This document shows, in pieces, positions 30,057 through 39,475 of a DNA stretch of 51,780 nucleotides. The first letter of the stretch is position 1; each line of letters begins with the position of its first letter. The DNA is taken from sequence record SRR22947727_1356; one strand, written 5' to 3'. The translations under genes and the position numbers were made by a program. The notes beneath the pieces are model-generated. The model searched no databases and was not told the origin of the DNA. It saw only the letters and a list, made by a program, of their open reading frames with translations.

Positions 30057-30839
30057 ATGCCCACCCTGTCTGATGTTGTTGACCTGAGCGCCTATCCTTT
30101 GCACGATCATGCTTTGCTTGAACGCTGCCGGGCTGCTTTTGATCGCGAGGGGGTGCTAACCTTGAAAGGCTTTTTGCGCCCCGAAGCGGTCATAGATTTG
30201 GTGAAAGAAGCGCAGCGGGAACGCAAGCATGCATTTTTCACCGCATCAACGCATAATGTTTACTTAACGCCCAAAGATCCTAGGCTGCCTGAAGATCATA
30301 TTTTTAACCGTCAAGTTAGCTCGTCAAAAGGCTGCATCACCACGGATCAAGTGCCCGCAGGGTCTGGCCTGCATAGCCTTTATAATTCGCACGTGTTTCG
30401 CGGCTTTATCGCCCAATTGGTGGGAGAGCAGGCGCTGTTTGAATATGCCGATCCGCTATCTTCGATCAACGTGCATTACGCGGGCGAAGGCCAAGAATTG
30501 AATTGGCATTTCGACAATTCGGAATTTGCCATCACTCTGCTGTTGCAGGCCCCTTTGGCAGGCGGTGATTTTGAGTATCTGCGCGATCTGCGCGATGCAG
30601 AAAATGACGATATGAATTTTTCTGGCGTGCAAGCGGTTGTTGAGGGCAAGCGCCAACCCGAGGCGCTTTTGGTTGAGCCTGGCACTTTGGTGCTGTTTCG
30701 TGGACGCAATGCGATGCACCGGGTTACTCCAACGCAAGGCGCGCGGGATCGCATTCTGGTGGTTTTGGCATATAATTCCAAGCCGGGTATCGCGCTGTCG
30801 GAGGCCGCACGGATGACGTTTTTCGGCCGTCTAGGCTAG
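30057..30839 (+). CDS. Fe(II)/2-oxoglutarate dioxygenase (BesD/HalD-like fold, HxD triad)
   Basis: WHFD...GGDFEY...HRVTP..R motifs. ATG at 30057. Confidence 0.75.
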   Translation: MPTLSDVVDLSAYPLHDHALLERCRAAFDREGVLTLKGFLRPEAVIDLVKEAQRERKHAFFTASTHNVYLTPKDPRLPEDHIFNRQVSSSKGCITTDQVPAGSGLHSLYNSHVFRGFIAQLVGEQALFEYADPLSSINVHYAGEGQELNWHFDNSEFAITLLLQAPLAGGDFEYLRDLRDAENDDMNFSGVQAVVEGKRQPEALLVEPGTLVLFRGRNAMHRVTPTQGARDRILVVLAYNSKPGIALSEAARMTFFGRLG

Positions 30840-31024
30840 GGTGTGGTGCCGTTTTAAGCTTTGCCATATTGCAGGCGGCCAACGCCATATGGAAAGGCGA
30901 TTGTTTTTTATCATGTTTCACATATAAGCGGCGCATCGTTTGATCTGCAGCATCTATGTTGCAAAAAAGGGCCATGCTCTCCATATCTTCTGGGACACTG
31001 GCGCAGGGAATGGGCAGAAACCAT

Positions 31025-32788
31025 ATGGCTTCGAAACTTTTTTCGGAAAAAGACAAATCAAATATTGCTTGGTTTTGGCGCCGATATCTTAAAAGAAAAA
31101 CCCCATGGTTGGGCTTGATATTGGCGTTGGTGCTTTTGGAGGGCTTCGTGCTGCAAAAGTTTTTGGCCATCACCGAAACGGGATTACGAGTTATTTTTGA
31201 GCAGGGCGACATCATAGATCTGCTGTGGATTTGCCTGATGGTGTTTTTGATTTTTACGGTTCGCGCCTTGGTTTCTTTTGTGGTGCCCACTTTATCCGTG
31301 CGTCTGGCCAGTGGCGCTGTTTTAGAGCTGCGTTCGGATCTGATCCGCCATGTTCTTTATATGGATCAAAGGTTTTTTGATCGCACCAATTCTTCGGATC
31401 TTATTCTTCGCTTTGTCAATCAAGTGGAAGCGTTGAGTCAATTCGTTGGCCGCACCACGGTGGAAGCTGTGCGCGATGTGGCCACGATTGTAATCATTTC
31501 AGGGTATTTAATTTATAAATCGGCGCTGCTTTTTGGCGTTGCGCTGCTTCTTTTGCCGATCATTTTTTTGCTGATGCGGATGGTGTCTGAAACCATCAAA
31601 CGCATTCAGGCGCAATCTGAGCAGGCGCTGGGCAGTTACATGAATACAATTGAAGAAATGTCTGGGGGCATGCGCACGATTAAAATGACTGGACAAGAGG
31701 CGGCTGAGGTCGATCGAATGATTTCTGAATCGGGCAATATCAAAAAATTAGCGGTCAACCTTCATATGGCGCAGGCGCTTGTTTTGCCTTCGATCGATTT
31801 ATCTTCAGCGGTAGTATATATGGTTGTGATTGGCGGTGGTGGATATCTCGCGCTTTCAGAGGCCTCGGCCTTAGACGGGGCGTCGATTATCGCTTTTCTG
31901 TTGGGTTTGGTGATCGTTTTTGATCCCGCCCGGCGCCTGTCGCAATTTTTCACAAAATTGCAAACCAGTTTGATCTTGCTTGCATCGGTGCGCGGGGTGT
32001 TGCAAACGCAGCCCGATGTTTCAGATGAAGGCAATGTCTCAAAGTTTACCGATACGCGCATCGATATCACCCTGCATGATATCGGGTTTTCCTATGAGGC
32101 TGATCAAACATTATTCGATGGTATCAGCCTGCAGTTTAAAGCGGGGCAAAAAACCGCCATTGTCGGCTCGACCGGTTCGGGAAAAACCACGCTGCTTAGT
32201 TTGATGGCGCGGCTTTATGATTTAAATAGCGGTGCGGTTCTGTTTAATGGACAGGACATTAAAAAGTTCACTTTAAAATCGGTGCGCGAGAAATTTTCAA
32301 TCGTGGCACAGGATGTGGTTATTTTTAACAAAAGCATCGCAGAAAACATTCAATATGCAGATCCTAAAGCCAGCGCAGAGGCGGTGCGTGCGGCGGCAAA
32401 ACTGGCGCGCATTGATGATGTGATGATCGAACGCGGGGATCAGCCCGTGGGTCCAAAAGGCAGCCTGCTTTCGGGTGGTCAAAAGCAGCGGATCGCGATC
32501 GCGCGGGCCTTTTTAAAACCGGCGCCGATCCTGCTTTTGGATGAGGCAACATCAGCGCTTGATGCGCTGACAGAACAAAAAGTTAATGCCAGTTTCAAGG
32601 ATCTTCAGGCCGGTAAAACCACCATCGTTGTGGCGCATAAATTTTCGAGTGTGGTTGATGCAGATCATATTTATGTGCTTGAGGCCGGCAAATTGATTGA
32701 ACAAGGCACTCATGCCGATCTAATGGCCAAAGCCGGGCTATATGCCAGCATGTTTTCTGCGCAGGATGATATTTTAATACCTGGATGA
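31025..32788 (+). CDS. ABC exporter, fused permease/ATPase (MsbA-like)
   Basis: N-terminal TMD; GSTGSGKT, LSGGQKQRIAIARA, LLLDEATSALD. Start 31025 or 30956. Confidence 0.9.
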   Translation: MASKLFSEKDKSNIAWFWRRYLKRKTPWLGLILALVLLEGFVLQKFLAITETGLRVIFEQGDIIDLLWICLMVFLIFTVRALVSFVVPTLSVRLASGAVLELRSDLIRHVLYMDQRFFDRTNSSDLILRFVNQVEALSQFVGRTTVEAVRDVATIVIISGYLIYKSALLFGVALLLLPIIFLLMRMVSETIKRIQAQSEQALGSYMNTIEEMSGGMRTIKMTGQEAAEVDRMISESGNIKKLAVNLHMAQALVLPSIDLSSAVVYMVVIGGGGYLALSEASALDGASIIAFLLGLVIVFDPARRLSQFFTKLQTSLILLASVRGVLQTQPDVSDEGNVSKFTDTRIDITLHDIGFSYEADQTLFDGISLQFKAGQKTAIVGSTGSGKTTLLSLMARLYDLNSGAVLFNGQDIKKFTLKSVREKFSIVAQDVVIFNKSIAENIQYADPKASAEAVRAAAKLARIDDVMIERGDQPVGPKGSLLSGGQKQRIAIARAFLKPAPILLLDEATSALDALTEQKVNASFKDLQAGKTTIVVAHKFSSVVDADHIYVLEAGKLIEQGTHADLMAKAGLYASMFSAQDDILIPG

Positions 32789-32953
32789 TGGTGTTTGCGC
32801 GCCTTTAAAACCCTGGTTGAGGCGGTCAATATTTTGCGCAGATCTTCGTAAAAGGCTTTGAAACCTTTCGCCAAATGCCGTGAAATGGGCCAATAGGCTT
32901 GATTAATCTCACGCGACGCGCCAACACTGTTGTGTATCGTATTGGGGGCCGGC

Positions 32954-33298
32954 ATGCTCAAACCTATCTTGATTATGTTCAATCTGTTTCTTTGGGCGTC
33001 TTCGGCGCAGGCGTTTCATCTGTGCACGGATATCCGGGCTGTGGTGGTGCGTGGAGCTGAAATGCTGTTAGAAGGTCAAGAAGAGGTGGCAATTGACGGG
33101 ATGATTGCGGCCCAAATGCAGGCACATGGGCACATGCATACGCCCGCTTTGCGCGGCGCTATGCTGCGTCAGTCACTCAAATTGAGCCGAAAAATTGCCA
33201 ATAGCGATTTAAGGCAAGTGACGGCTGTGAATTATTTTGGTGATCAGTTTCATACGGATTGTACCCGCAATAAAATCTGGTCGGGCATCGGACATTAG
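32954..33298 (+). CDS. Hypothetical secreted protein
   Basis: Signal peptide MLKPILIMFNLFLWASSAQA; two Cys near the ends of the mature part. Confidence 0.55.
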   Translation: MLKPILIMFNLFLWASSAQAFHLCTDIRAVVVRGAEMLLEGQEEVAIDGMIAAQMQAHGHMHTPALRGAMLRQSLKLSRKIANSDLRQVTAVNYFGDQFHTDCTRNKIWSGIGH

Positions 33299-33475
33299 CG
33301 TTTAGAGTAACCGTTTCCTAAAATTATTCTGCTGTTGGTTTCAAGGTTGGTAAAGCCATTAAATGCAGCGCGCTGCGAGGCGAGAAAATGAGTTTAAGGC
33401 TTGTAAACCCAGAAAAAATCACTCAACTTCCCTGACACCGCGCCCAAATTGGGTTTTTCAGAAACAGGATGTCTT

Positions 33476-34633
33476 ATGGGAATAAAATTCCGCCTGCCTT
33501 TGGTATGGAATGTCTATTTTTCGTTTTTTATCTATGCGTTCAGTCTGGGGGCTATTTTCCCGCGGCTTGGGGATTTGCAATTGCAAATGGGCATTGGGCC
33601 TGCGGCGCTGGGGCTGTCGGTTACCGGTGCCGCGCTGGGGGTGCAAGTCTCATTATTGATGGCCAGTTCAGTCTTGTCGCGGTTGGGATTTCGAAAAGTA
33701 ATGTTCTTTGGCATGCTGTTGATGGGTATTGGTGAAGCTTTGGCCGGTTTGGCCACCAGCCCTTATGTTTTCTTTGGATGGTTTTTTCTGGCGGGTTTGG
33801 CGATTGGCGTTGTGGAGGTTGCGGTGAATGTCGAAGCCGACCGGGTTGAGGCGCTGGCGGGTCGGCGGATTATGAACCGGTCGCATGCTTTTTGGAGTTT
33901 AGGGTTTTTCGCCACGGGTTTGCTGGGCGCGTTCGTGGCGCAGTTGGGCGTGCCTGCAGGCCTGCATTTAAGCTTGACCGGGCTTGTTTCGGTTGCGTTA
34001 ACGCTGTTATTTTTGGCAAGGTATCAGCCAGCGCCAATCCGCGGCGCCGATCATGATGGCCCGCCAAAATTGGCCCGTCCAACCCGTGGGATCATGATTT
34101 TGGTTGCCTTTACATTATCTGCCATGCTGCTCGAAGGGGCTTTGATTGATTGGTCGGTGATTTATATGCGCGATGTTTTTGAGGAAAGCGCTTTTGTAAA
34201 TGGATTGGCGCTGACATTAGGAGCTTTGGGGCAATTTATCATTCGGTTTTTTGCTGATCCCGTGGTGGATCGCCATGGCGCTGAGCGGGTGGCGCGGGTG
34301 TCTTTGATCGCGCTGGCTTTGGGCGCTGGCGTGGTGTCGTTTACGCCCAATTCCACTTTGGCCCTGATTGGGTTTGTATTTTTGGGTGCGGGAACTGCAG
34401 TTATTTTCCCTTTGGCGATCTCGGCGGCGGCGCAAAGAGGCGATCGCTCATCCCCAGAAAATGTAGCGGCTTTGGCGCAATTCTCGTTTGTAACGTTTCT
34501 TTTGGCGCCGCCTTTATTGGGTTTTGTGGCAGAAAATTTTGGTATTCGCTATTCCTTTGGTTTGGCGCTGCCTTTGATCTTGGGCAGTTGGCTAACCGTG
34601 GGGGCGCTGACCCATGCGGGGCGGAAGGCATAA
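33476..34633 (+). CDS. MFS transporter (sugar/fucose permease-like)
   Basis: About 12 TM helices; NVEADRVE, HAFWSLG, EG..DWS motifs. Confidence 0.9.
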   Translation: MGIKFRLPLVWNVYFSFFIYAFSLGAIFPRLGDLQLQMGIGPAALGLSVTGAALGVQVSLLMASSVLSRLGFRKVMFFGMLLMGIGEALAGLATSPYVFFGWFFLAGLAIGVVEVAVNVEADRVEALAGRRIMNRSHAFWSLGFFATGLLGAFVAQLGVPAGLHLSLTGLVSVALTLLFLARYQPAPIRGADHDGPPKLARPTRGIMILVAFTLSAMLLEGALIDWSVIYMRDVFEESAFVNGLALTLGALGQFIIRFFADPVVDRHGAERVARVSLIALALGAGVVSFTPNSTLALIGFVFLGAGTAVIFPLAISAAAQRGDRSSPENVAALAQFSFVTFLLAPPLLGFVAENFGIRYSFGLALPLILGSWLTVGALTHAGRKA

Positions 34634-34741
34634 AATCTGCGTTGATCCGCTTGGCCCGTCATCTCTTGTCGCAAATGAAGCTGCAGCAAGGGGTCTTGGT
34701 CGGTTAGAGCAAGGCTAGAGATATGAAGAGGAAGCCCCGTT

Positions 34742-35710
34742 ATGTCCCAAGCGCTGGTGTCAGATCAGGCCAGGTTAAGCATTCTTTGCGTGATGGGTGC
34801 GTCTTTGGCGTTTTCCTTAAACGATATTACGGTAAAATATTTTACCGATAGCTTACCGCTTCATGAAGTTATTTTATTCCGCTCGCTTTTTGGAATGGCA
34901 TTCATTTTGTTCCTTTTCGGGCGAGGGGTGCCCTTAAAAACCATGTTTTCAACCCGCCGCCTGTCGCGCCATATCTTGCGCGGGCTAAGCGTGGTGGTGG
35001 CAAATTTTGCTTTTTTTGCAGGCTTGGCTGCCTTGCCACTGGCGGAGGCCTCGGCGATTTTCTTTATCGCGCCGCTGTTAATAACGGGATTTTCGGCATT
35101 TTTCTTGGGGGAATATGTAGGTGTCTGGCGCTGGACGGCGCTTTTGGTCGGCTTGCTCGGCGTTTTGATCATCGTAAAGCCCGGCAGTGCAGCGTTTCAA
35201 TGGGCGGTGATTTTGCCGCTTTTATCCGCGATTGCTTATGCCACCTTGCACACGATCACCCGTTCGATGGGGCTCGCGGAATCGCCCATCACCATGTCGC
35301 TTTATATCCAATTGGTCTTTATTGTCGTGTGCCTTGGGATGGGTTTGATGTTTGGAGATGGAAGATTTGCCGGGTTGGGTCATCCTTCGGCTGAGTTTAT
35401 ATTGCGCGCATGGGCATGGCCCAGCGGCAGAGATGTTCTTTTATTCGTAGCTGCGGGGTTTTTCAGCGCGTCTGGTGGCTATCTTATCAGCCAAGCCTAT
35501 CGCAGCAGTAGCGCTGGTTTGGTGGCCCCTTTTGAATATTCTACGGTCATTTTGGCCGTTTTATGGGGTTATATATTTTGGCAGGAAGTGCCGGGCTTAA
35601 GTTCGGCCTTTGGAATCTTTTTAATCATTGCCTCGGGGGTTTTTGTAGCGATACGTGAGTTTAAACGACAAGTGCCGCCTGCCTCGCAAAAGCTATCGGC
35701 GCGCCGCTGA
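34742..35710 (+). CDS. DMT (EamA) family transporter
   Basis: Two EamA repeats; FLGE.VG..RW, VAPFEYS. Confidence 0.9.
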   Translation: MSQALVSDQARLSILCVMGASLAFSLNDITVKYFTDSLPLHEVILFRSLFGMAFILFLFGRGVPLKTMFSTRRLSRHILRGLSVVVANFAFFAGLAALPLAEASAIFFIAPLLITGFSAFFLGEYVGVWRWTALLVGLLGVLIIVKPGSAAFQWAVILPLLSAIAYATLHTITRSMGLAESPITMSLYIQLVFIVVCLGMGLMFGDGRFAGLGHPSAEFILRAWAWPSGRDVLLFVAAGFFSASGGYLISQAYRSSSAGLVAPFEYSTVILAVLWGYIFWQEVPGLSSAFGIFLIIASGVFVAIREFKRQVPPASQKLSARR

Positions 35711-35743
35711 GCCGGGCAGTGGCTGCGCTGAAACTAGGGTGCA

Positions 35744-36640
35744 TTAGCGCGTTTTCAGCCCGTTTTCCCGCGCTACAAAATCTACCAAATGGGGCACGTA
35801 ATCCTCTGGGCCATCGCCACCCATGGCCATGGCGCGCGCAAAACTACTTTTCGCGGCATTTCCAATTGGATTTGCAATGCTTGCCTCATTGGCCATGCTT
35901 TCAAGATAGCGCAGATCTTTGAGCGCGTTGGTCATGGTGAATTTATGGGCCTCACGATTGCCATCTAGCGCGTAACCCATAAAGGTTTGATAAAACCCAC
36001 AATCCATCCGGCTACCGCGGATCACGCTGTCAAAGCGCTTGGCATCAATTCCCATTTTAGCCCCTAAGGCCAGCGCTTCGGAATACATGGCGGCATAGCC
36101 CAGCGATAGAAAATTATTTAGCAATTTCATACGGTGGCCATCGCCAACCGCGCCGATATGCACGAGCGTTGCAGCCCAGCTTTCGATCACTGGTTTGATC
36201 CGCGCAAAAACCGGCTGATCGGCGCCCACCATCGCAGATAGCGCGCCCTCTTCTGCTTGCACCGGCGTGCCCCCTAACGGGGCATCCACCATATGAATGC
36301 GCTTTGATTTCAAATTTTCTGCTAGTTTTAGGGTGGAGGTGGGGTCGGATGTTGAGCAATCGATGATAACGGCGTTTTCTGACAGATTAGGGGTGAGTTC
36401 CGCGATAATCTGTTCGACCTGAGGCGAACCTGGGGCACAGATGAATACCAGCGTTGAGCCTTTGGCCAGCTCTTCTAGGCTGCCGGCTTCTTGCGCGCCC
36501 AGCGACACCAGATTTTCAACCGGCACGCGGTTTTTATGCGCGATTACGGTCACAGGATATCCCGCGCGTAAAATATTTTTGGCCATGCCATGGCCCATCA
36601 GGCCCACGCCGATAAATCCAATTTTTTCGTTTTGCTGCAT
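35744..36640 (-). CDS. NAD(P)-dependent oxidoreductase, beta-hydroxyacid dehydrogenase family
   Basis: GFIGVGLMGHGMA, DCSTS, DAPLGG, MKLLNN. Confidence 0.9.
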   Translation of the reverse strand: MQQNEKIGFIGVGLMGHGMAKNILRAGYPVTVIAHKNRVPVENLVSLGAQEAGSLEELAKGSTLVFICAPGSPQVEQIIAELTPNLSENAVIIDCSTSDPTSTLKLAENLKSKRIHMVDAPLGGTPVQAEEGALSAMVGADQPVFARIKPVIESWAATLVHIGAVGDGHRMKLLNNFLSLGYAAMYSEALALGAKMGIDAKRFDSVIRGSRMDCGFYQTFMGYALDGNREAHKFTMTNALKDLRYLESMANEASIANPIGNAAKSSFARAMAMGGDGPEDYVPHLVDFVARENGLKTR

Positions 36641-36785
36641 GCCAACCTCTTTTCTGAAATTTTATGTTTGCATTAATCGTTAAATCAGGTTGCATCGCAA
36701 GGGCTTCTTACGCCTAAAGGCGATTGCCTTTGCCCCTGTTTATGGGGTTTACGGACAGTATACCCCTTAAGTGTTGTGACTCGCC

Positions 36786-36815
36786 AAAAAAAAGAGACGC
36801 TATTTCTAGCGTCTC
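36786..36815 (-). terminator. Rho-independent terminator of the candidate sRNA
   Basis: Perfect 9-bp stem, GAAA tetraloop, 8 U's. Confidence 0.85.
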
Positions 36816-36884
36816 GAGATACCGAATAATCTGGGAGGATATATTTTCGGTTTTTACGATCTGGGAGGAGGAAGACCGTACTCT
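36786..36884 (-). ncRNA. Candidate trans-acting sRNA with two anti-SD loops (cuckoo/CcsR-, AbcR- or MmgR-like)
   Basis: Minus strand: hairpin TACGGTC-TTCCTCCTCCCA-GATCGTA, hairpin ACCGAAAAT-ATATCCTCCCAG-ATTATTCGGT, then terminator GAGACGCTA-GAAA-TAGCGTCTC-T8. A -10-like TATGGT lies just upstream. The 5' end is approximate. Confidence 0.8.
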
Positions 36885-36898
36885 ATGGCTACCATACT

Positions 36899-36942
36899 TT
36901 TCTGCACCGCAGAAATACTTATTTTGAATTGCTGCTATGCAG
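36899..36942. promoter_or_regulatory. Two CTGC-N3-GCAG palindromes (PhaR/AniA-type operator) upstream of the sRNA
   Basis: CTGCACCGCAG at 36902-36912 (extended TTTCTGC..GCAGAAA) and CTGCTATGCAG at 36932-36942, 30 bp apart. A third copy lies at 37070-37080. Confidence 0.5.
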
Positions 36943-37147
36943 AAAAATCATAGCTCATACATAATCATCCGTGGTTTTGTGCAGATAGGGGAAGGAATGC
37001 GTGAATTTTATGCAGCGAAAACTTTTATCTGGGTATGTGCGAATTTAGCGCGCAAGCCTTCGGGCGGATCTGCTGCGCAGATCCTGGCTGGGGTACCGAA
37101 TCGCACCCTATTTTCGGACGCACCATAATGGCCCAGCCCCCCACTTT

Positions 37148-38200
37148 TTAGGTGATGAGGTATAAAGAATTGAGCGGGTGCTTGATATTAATTTTCTGCA
37201 CCTCAGAAAAGCCGGCCTCGGCGCAGAGGTTGCGCAACACAGAATCGGATAGACCCACCGTTCCCATACCTTCTCCGCCCTGCCACATTGAGGTGGTCAT
37301 ACAAAAATGTAGACTGATGCCCAATTTAAACACGCCATACGGGCCTGAATTATCAACTGGATCTTCTGTGGCTTCGATATCCATCAGCAAAAACATCCCA
37401 TCCTGGGCCATAGAATGTTTGAGGGTTCTTAAGCCAAGCCCCGGGTTTGGCAAATCGTGAATTAAATCAAACGTGGCGACAATATCATATTTGCCCGGGC
37501 TGCCTTCATCCATATTCCAATGTTTAAATGTGATATTACGGTCAACGCCAGCCTCTTTTGCGTTGACGCCGGCCTGTTCTATATTTGGCAAGAATGCATC
37601 ATAGCCAATAAATTCTGACTCGGGAAATAGCTTCGCCAACTCAATCGTGGACCTGCCCGTACCGCAGCCAAAATCGGCAAATCTGGCGCCTTTTTTTAAG
37701 CGCTGAGTCAACGCTGGGATATGGGGCAACCAATCTTTTACCAAGAAATTACGATAGCGCGCGCAGCCCGTGTGATCCAGCGCCTGCCAAAGCGCTGGCG
37801 GATAATCTTCAAACCCGACGCCGCCACCAGATTTGAAGGCCTCGCGCAGCTTTTCATAGGGCAATAATGCGCTGTTCAGCAATTTAAAGGCACCATATTG
37901 GGCAAAGCGGCCGCCGTCTTCCACCAATAGCTGTGCTTGATCTGGGCTTAGCCAGGCTTCGCGCGTGGCTTTATCAAACATCACATAGCCGCTGAGCACG
38001 ATCCCGTGCAGCCATTCGCGAACATAACGTTCGTTTAACTTCAGGCGCGCTGCCAGTTGCGCTGAGGTAGAGCGCCCGTGTGTGTACAAATCTTTAAAAA
38101 GCCCCAGTTCAATGCCAAGACTGCACAGCCGCACTGAGACGGCCCCCGCCATATCCCTTCCGGCTTGTTCCAACAGGGCTTTGGGTTTTGTATCGCTCAT
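37148..38200 (-). CDS. Class I SAM-dependent methyltransferase with N-terminal wHTH (Rv2258c-like)
   Basis: ELGLF..ERYVREWL N-domain; DFGCGTG; FDLIHDL; HFCMTTS; AGF. Confidence 0.85.
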   Translation of the reverse strand: MSDTKPKALLEQAGRDMAGAVSVRLCSLGIELGLFKDLYTHGRSTSAQLAARLKLNERYVREWLHGIVLSGYVMFDKATREAWLSPDQAQLLVEDGGRFAQYGAFKLLNSALLPYEKLREAFKSGGGVGFEDYPPALWQALDHTGCARYRNFLVKDWLPHIPALTQRLKKGARFADFGCGTGRSTIELAKLFPESEFIGYDAFLPNIEQAGVNAKEAGVDRNITFKHWNMDEGSPGKYDIVATFDLIHDLPNPGLGLRTLKHSMAQDGMFLLMDIEATEDPVDNSGPYGVFKLGISLHFCMTTSMWQGGEGMGTVGLSDSVLRNLCAEAGFSEVQKINIKHPLNSLYLIT

Positions 38201-38358
38201 CAGCTTGTTTCCTAGGGTTTTGCGAATCTGCTCTGGCCAAAGGCATGGGGAGGGGTTGGGCCGCCCATGCGCCGTTACATCTGCCCTGCCATATTATCAA
38301 TTTTGGGTATTGTGATAAGAATTTATTTGCAAAATTCCGCAGCGTTTTTTGCGCAGCT

Positions 38359-39294
38359 TTAGAGGTGAAGCTCTTCTAGATAGGGTGGGTTACATCCCGC
38401 GCGTTCGCAGTTCAGCGCTGCCGCTGTTGCGGCGACTTCTAACAGGCTTTGCAAATTCTCAGGGCTTAAGGATGAAAGTGCCTTATGCGTGTCCCAGCCA
38501 TTTTTGGTGATCTGCGCGATTAAAGTGCCCATAAAGGTGTCGCCCGCCCCCACCGTATCGGCCAGAGGGGATGCAACACCCGCAGGCACCGCGATTTTGT
38601 GCTGCGCGGTTGCGCCGATCGCGCCTTTTTGGCCCATTGTCAGCACCAGCAATGCGGCATTGCTCAGCGCGCGGATCTTTTCAAATGCCTCTAGCAAAGG
38701 CAGCTCTGGAAGCAGATAGGCCAGATCTTCATCGCTTAGCTTGACCAGTGTTGCCGAGCTCAATAGCCGCAACACGCGCTCTACATATTCTGCTTTATTG
38801 GCAATCAATCCCGGCCTGGCATTGGGATCTAGGCAGGTCATCATGCCTTTTTCGGCGCAGCTTTCAAAAAACGCCTCCCAGGCTTGGGCATCCGCACCGG
38901 TGATCAAGGCCAAAGAGCCAATATGAAACGCCGTTGCCTTGGCGGGACAAGTCTCGATCAATTGCTGATAGGATATCTGGCGTTCCGCTGTGCCCTCACG
39001 GTAGAACTGATAGCTTGGAATGCCATCCGCCAGCGAAACAACCGCCAGCGATGTTGGCTGCGACACGCGCTGGGCGGCCAAGGCAATATTATCTTGTGCC
39101 AGGCGCGCTTCCAGCATTGCTCCCAAAGCATCTTCTGAAACGGGCGTCATATAGGTGACATCTTGGCCTTGCCGGGCTGTCGCTATTGCGCAGTTGTAAC
39201 AAGAACCGCCTGGAATGGCTTGGTACAAAGCCGCCCCATTCGGCGTGTCGGTTTGTACAAAGTCAATCAGGTTCTCTCCACCCACAAGAATCAT
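38359..39294 (-). CDS. PfkB family carbohydrate kinase (fructokinase-like)
   Basis: MILVGGENLIDF, PGGS, DPNARP, KLSDED, DTVGAGDTF. ATG 39294 with AAGGA RBS. Confidence 0.9.
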   Translation of the reverse strand: MILVGGENLIDFVQTDTPNGAALYQAIPGGSCYNCAIATARQGQDVTYMTPVSEDALGAMLEARLAQDNIALAAQRVSQPTSLAVVSLADGIPSYQFYREGTAERQISYQQLIETCPAKATAFHIGSLALITGADAQAWEAFFESCAEKGMMTCLDPNARPGLIANKAEYVERVLRLLSSATLVKLSDEDLAYLLPELPLLEAFEKIRALSNAALLVLTMGQKGAIGATAQHKIAVPAGVASPLADTVGAGDTFMGTLIAQITKNGWDTHKALSSLSPENLQSLLEVAATAAALNCERAGCNPPYLEELHL

Positions 39295-39475
39295 ATGATC
39301 GTTCCTTCTTTCTAATTTTGAGCCGGTATCATCGAAAACGCGCTCGGCCAAAGGGGCATTATAATCACACCGGCTTAATAAGCCCTCCAAACCAGCAACG
39401 CCAGAGCGGATTTATTAGATTTACAGCATTGAACTGGGGTCTTTGCCACCCGAACCAGCGGTCTGTCAAACCCCG

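Noticed and set aside
36724-37128. ORFs 36724..36927 and 36937..37128
   Set aside because: No RBS or protein-like features; they overlap the sRNA and its promoter on the opposite strand.
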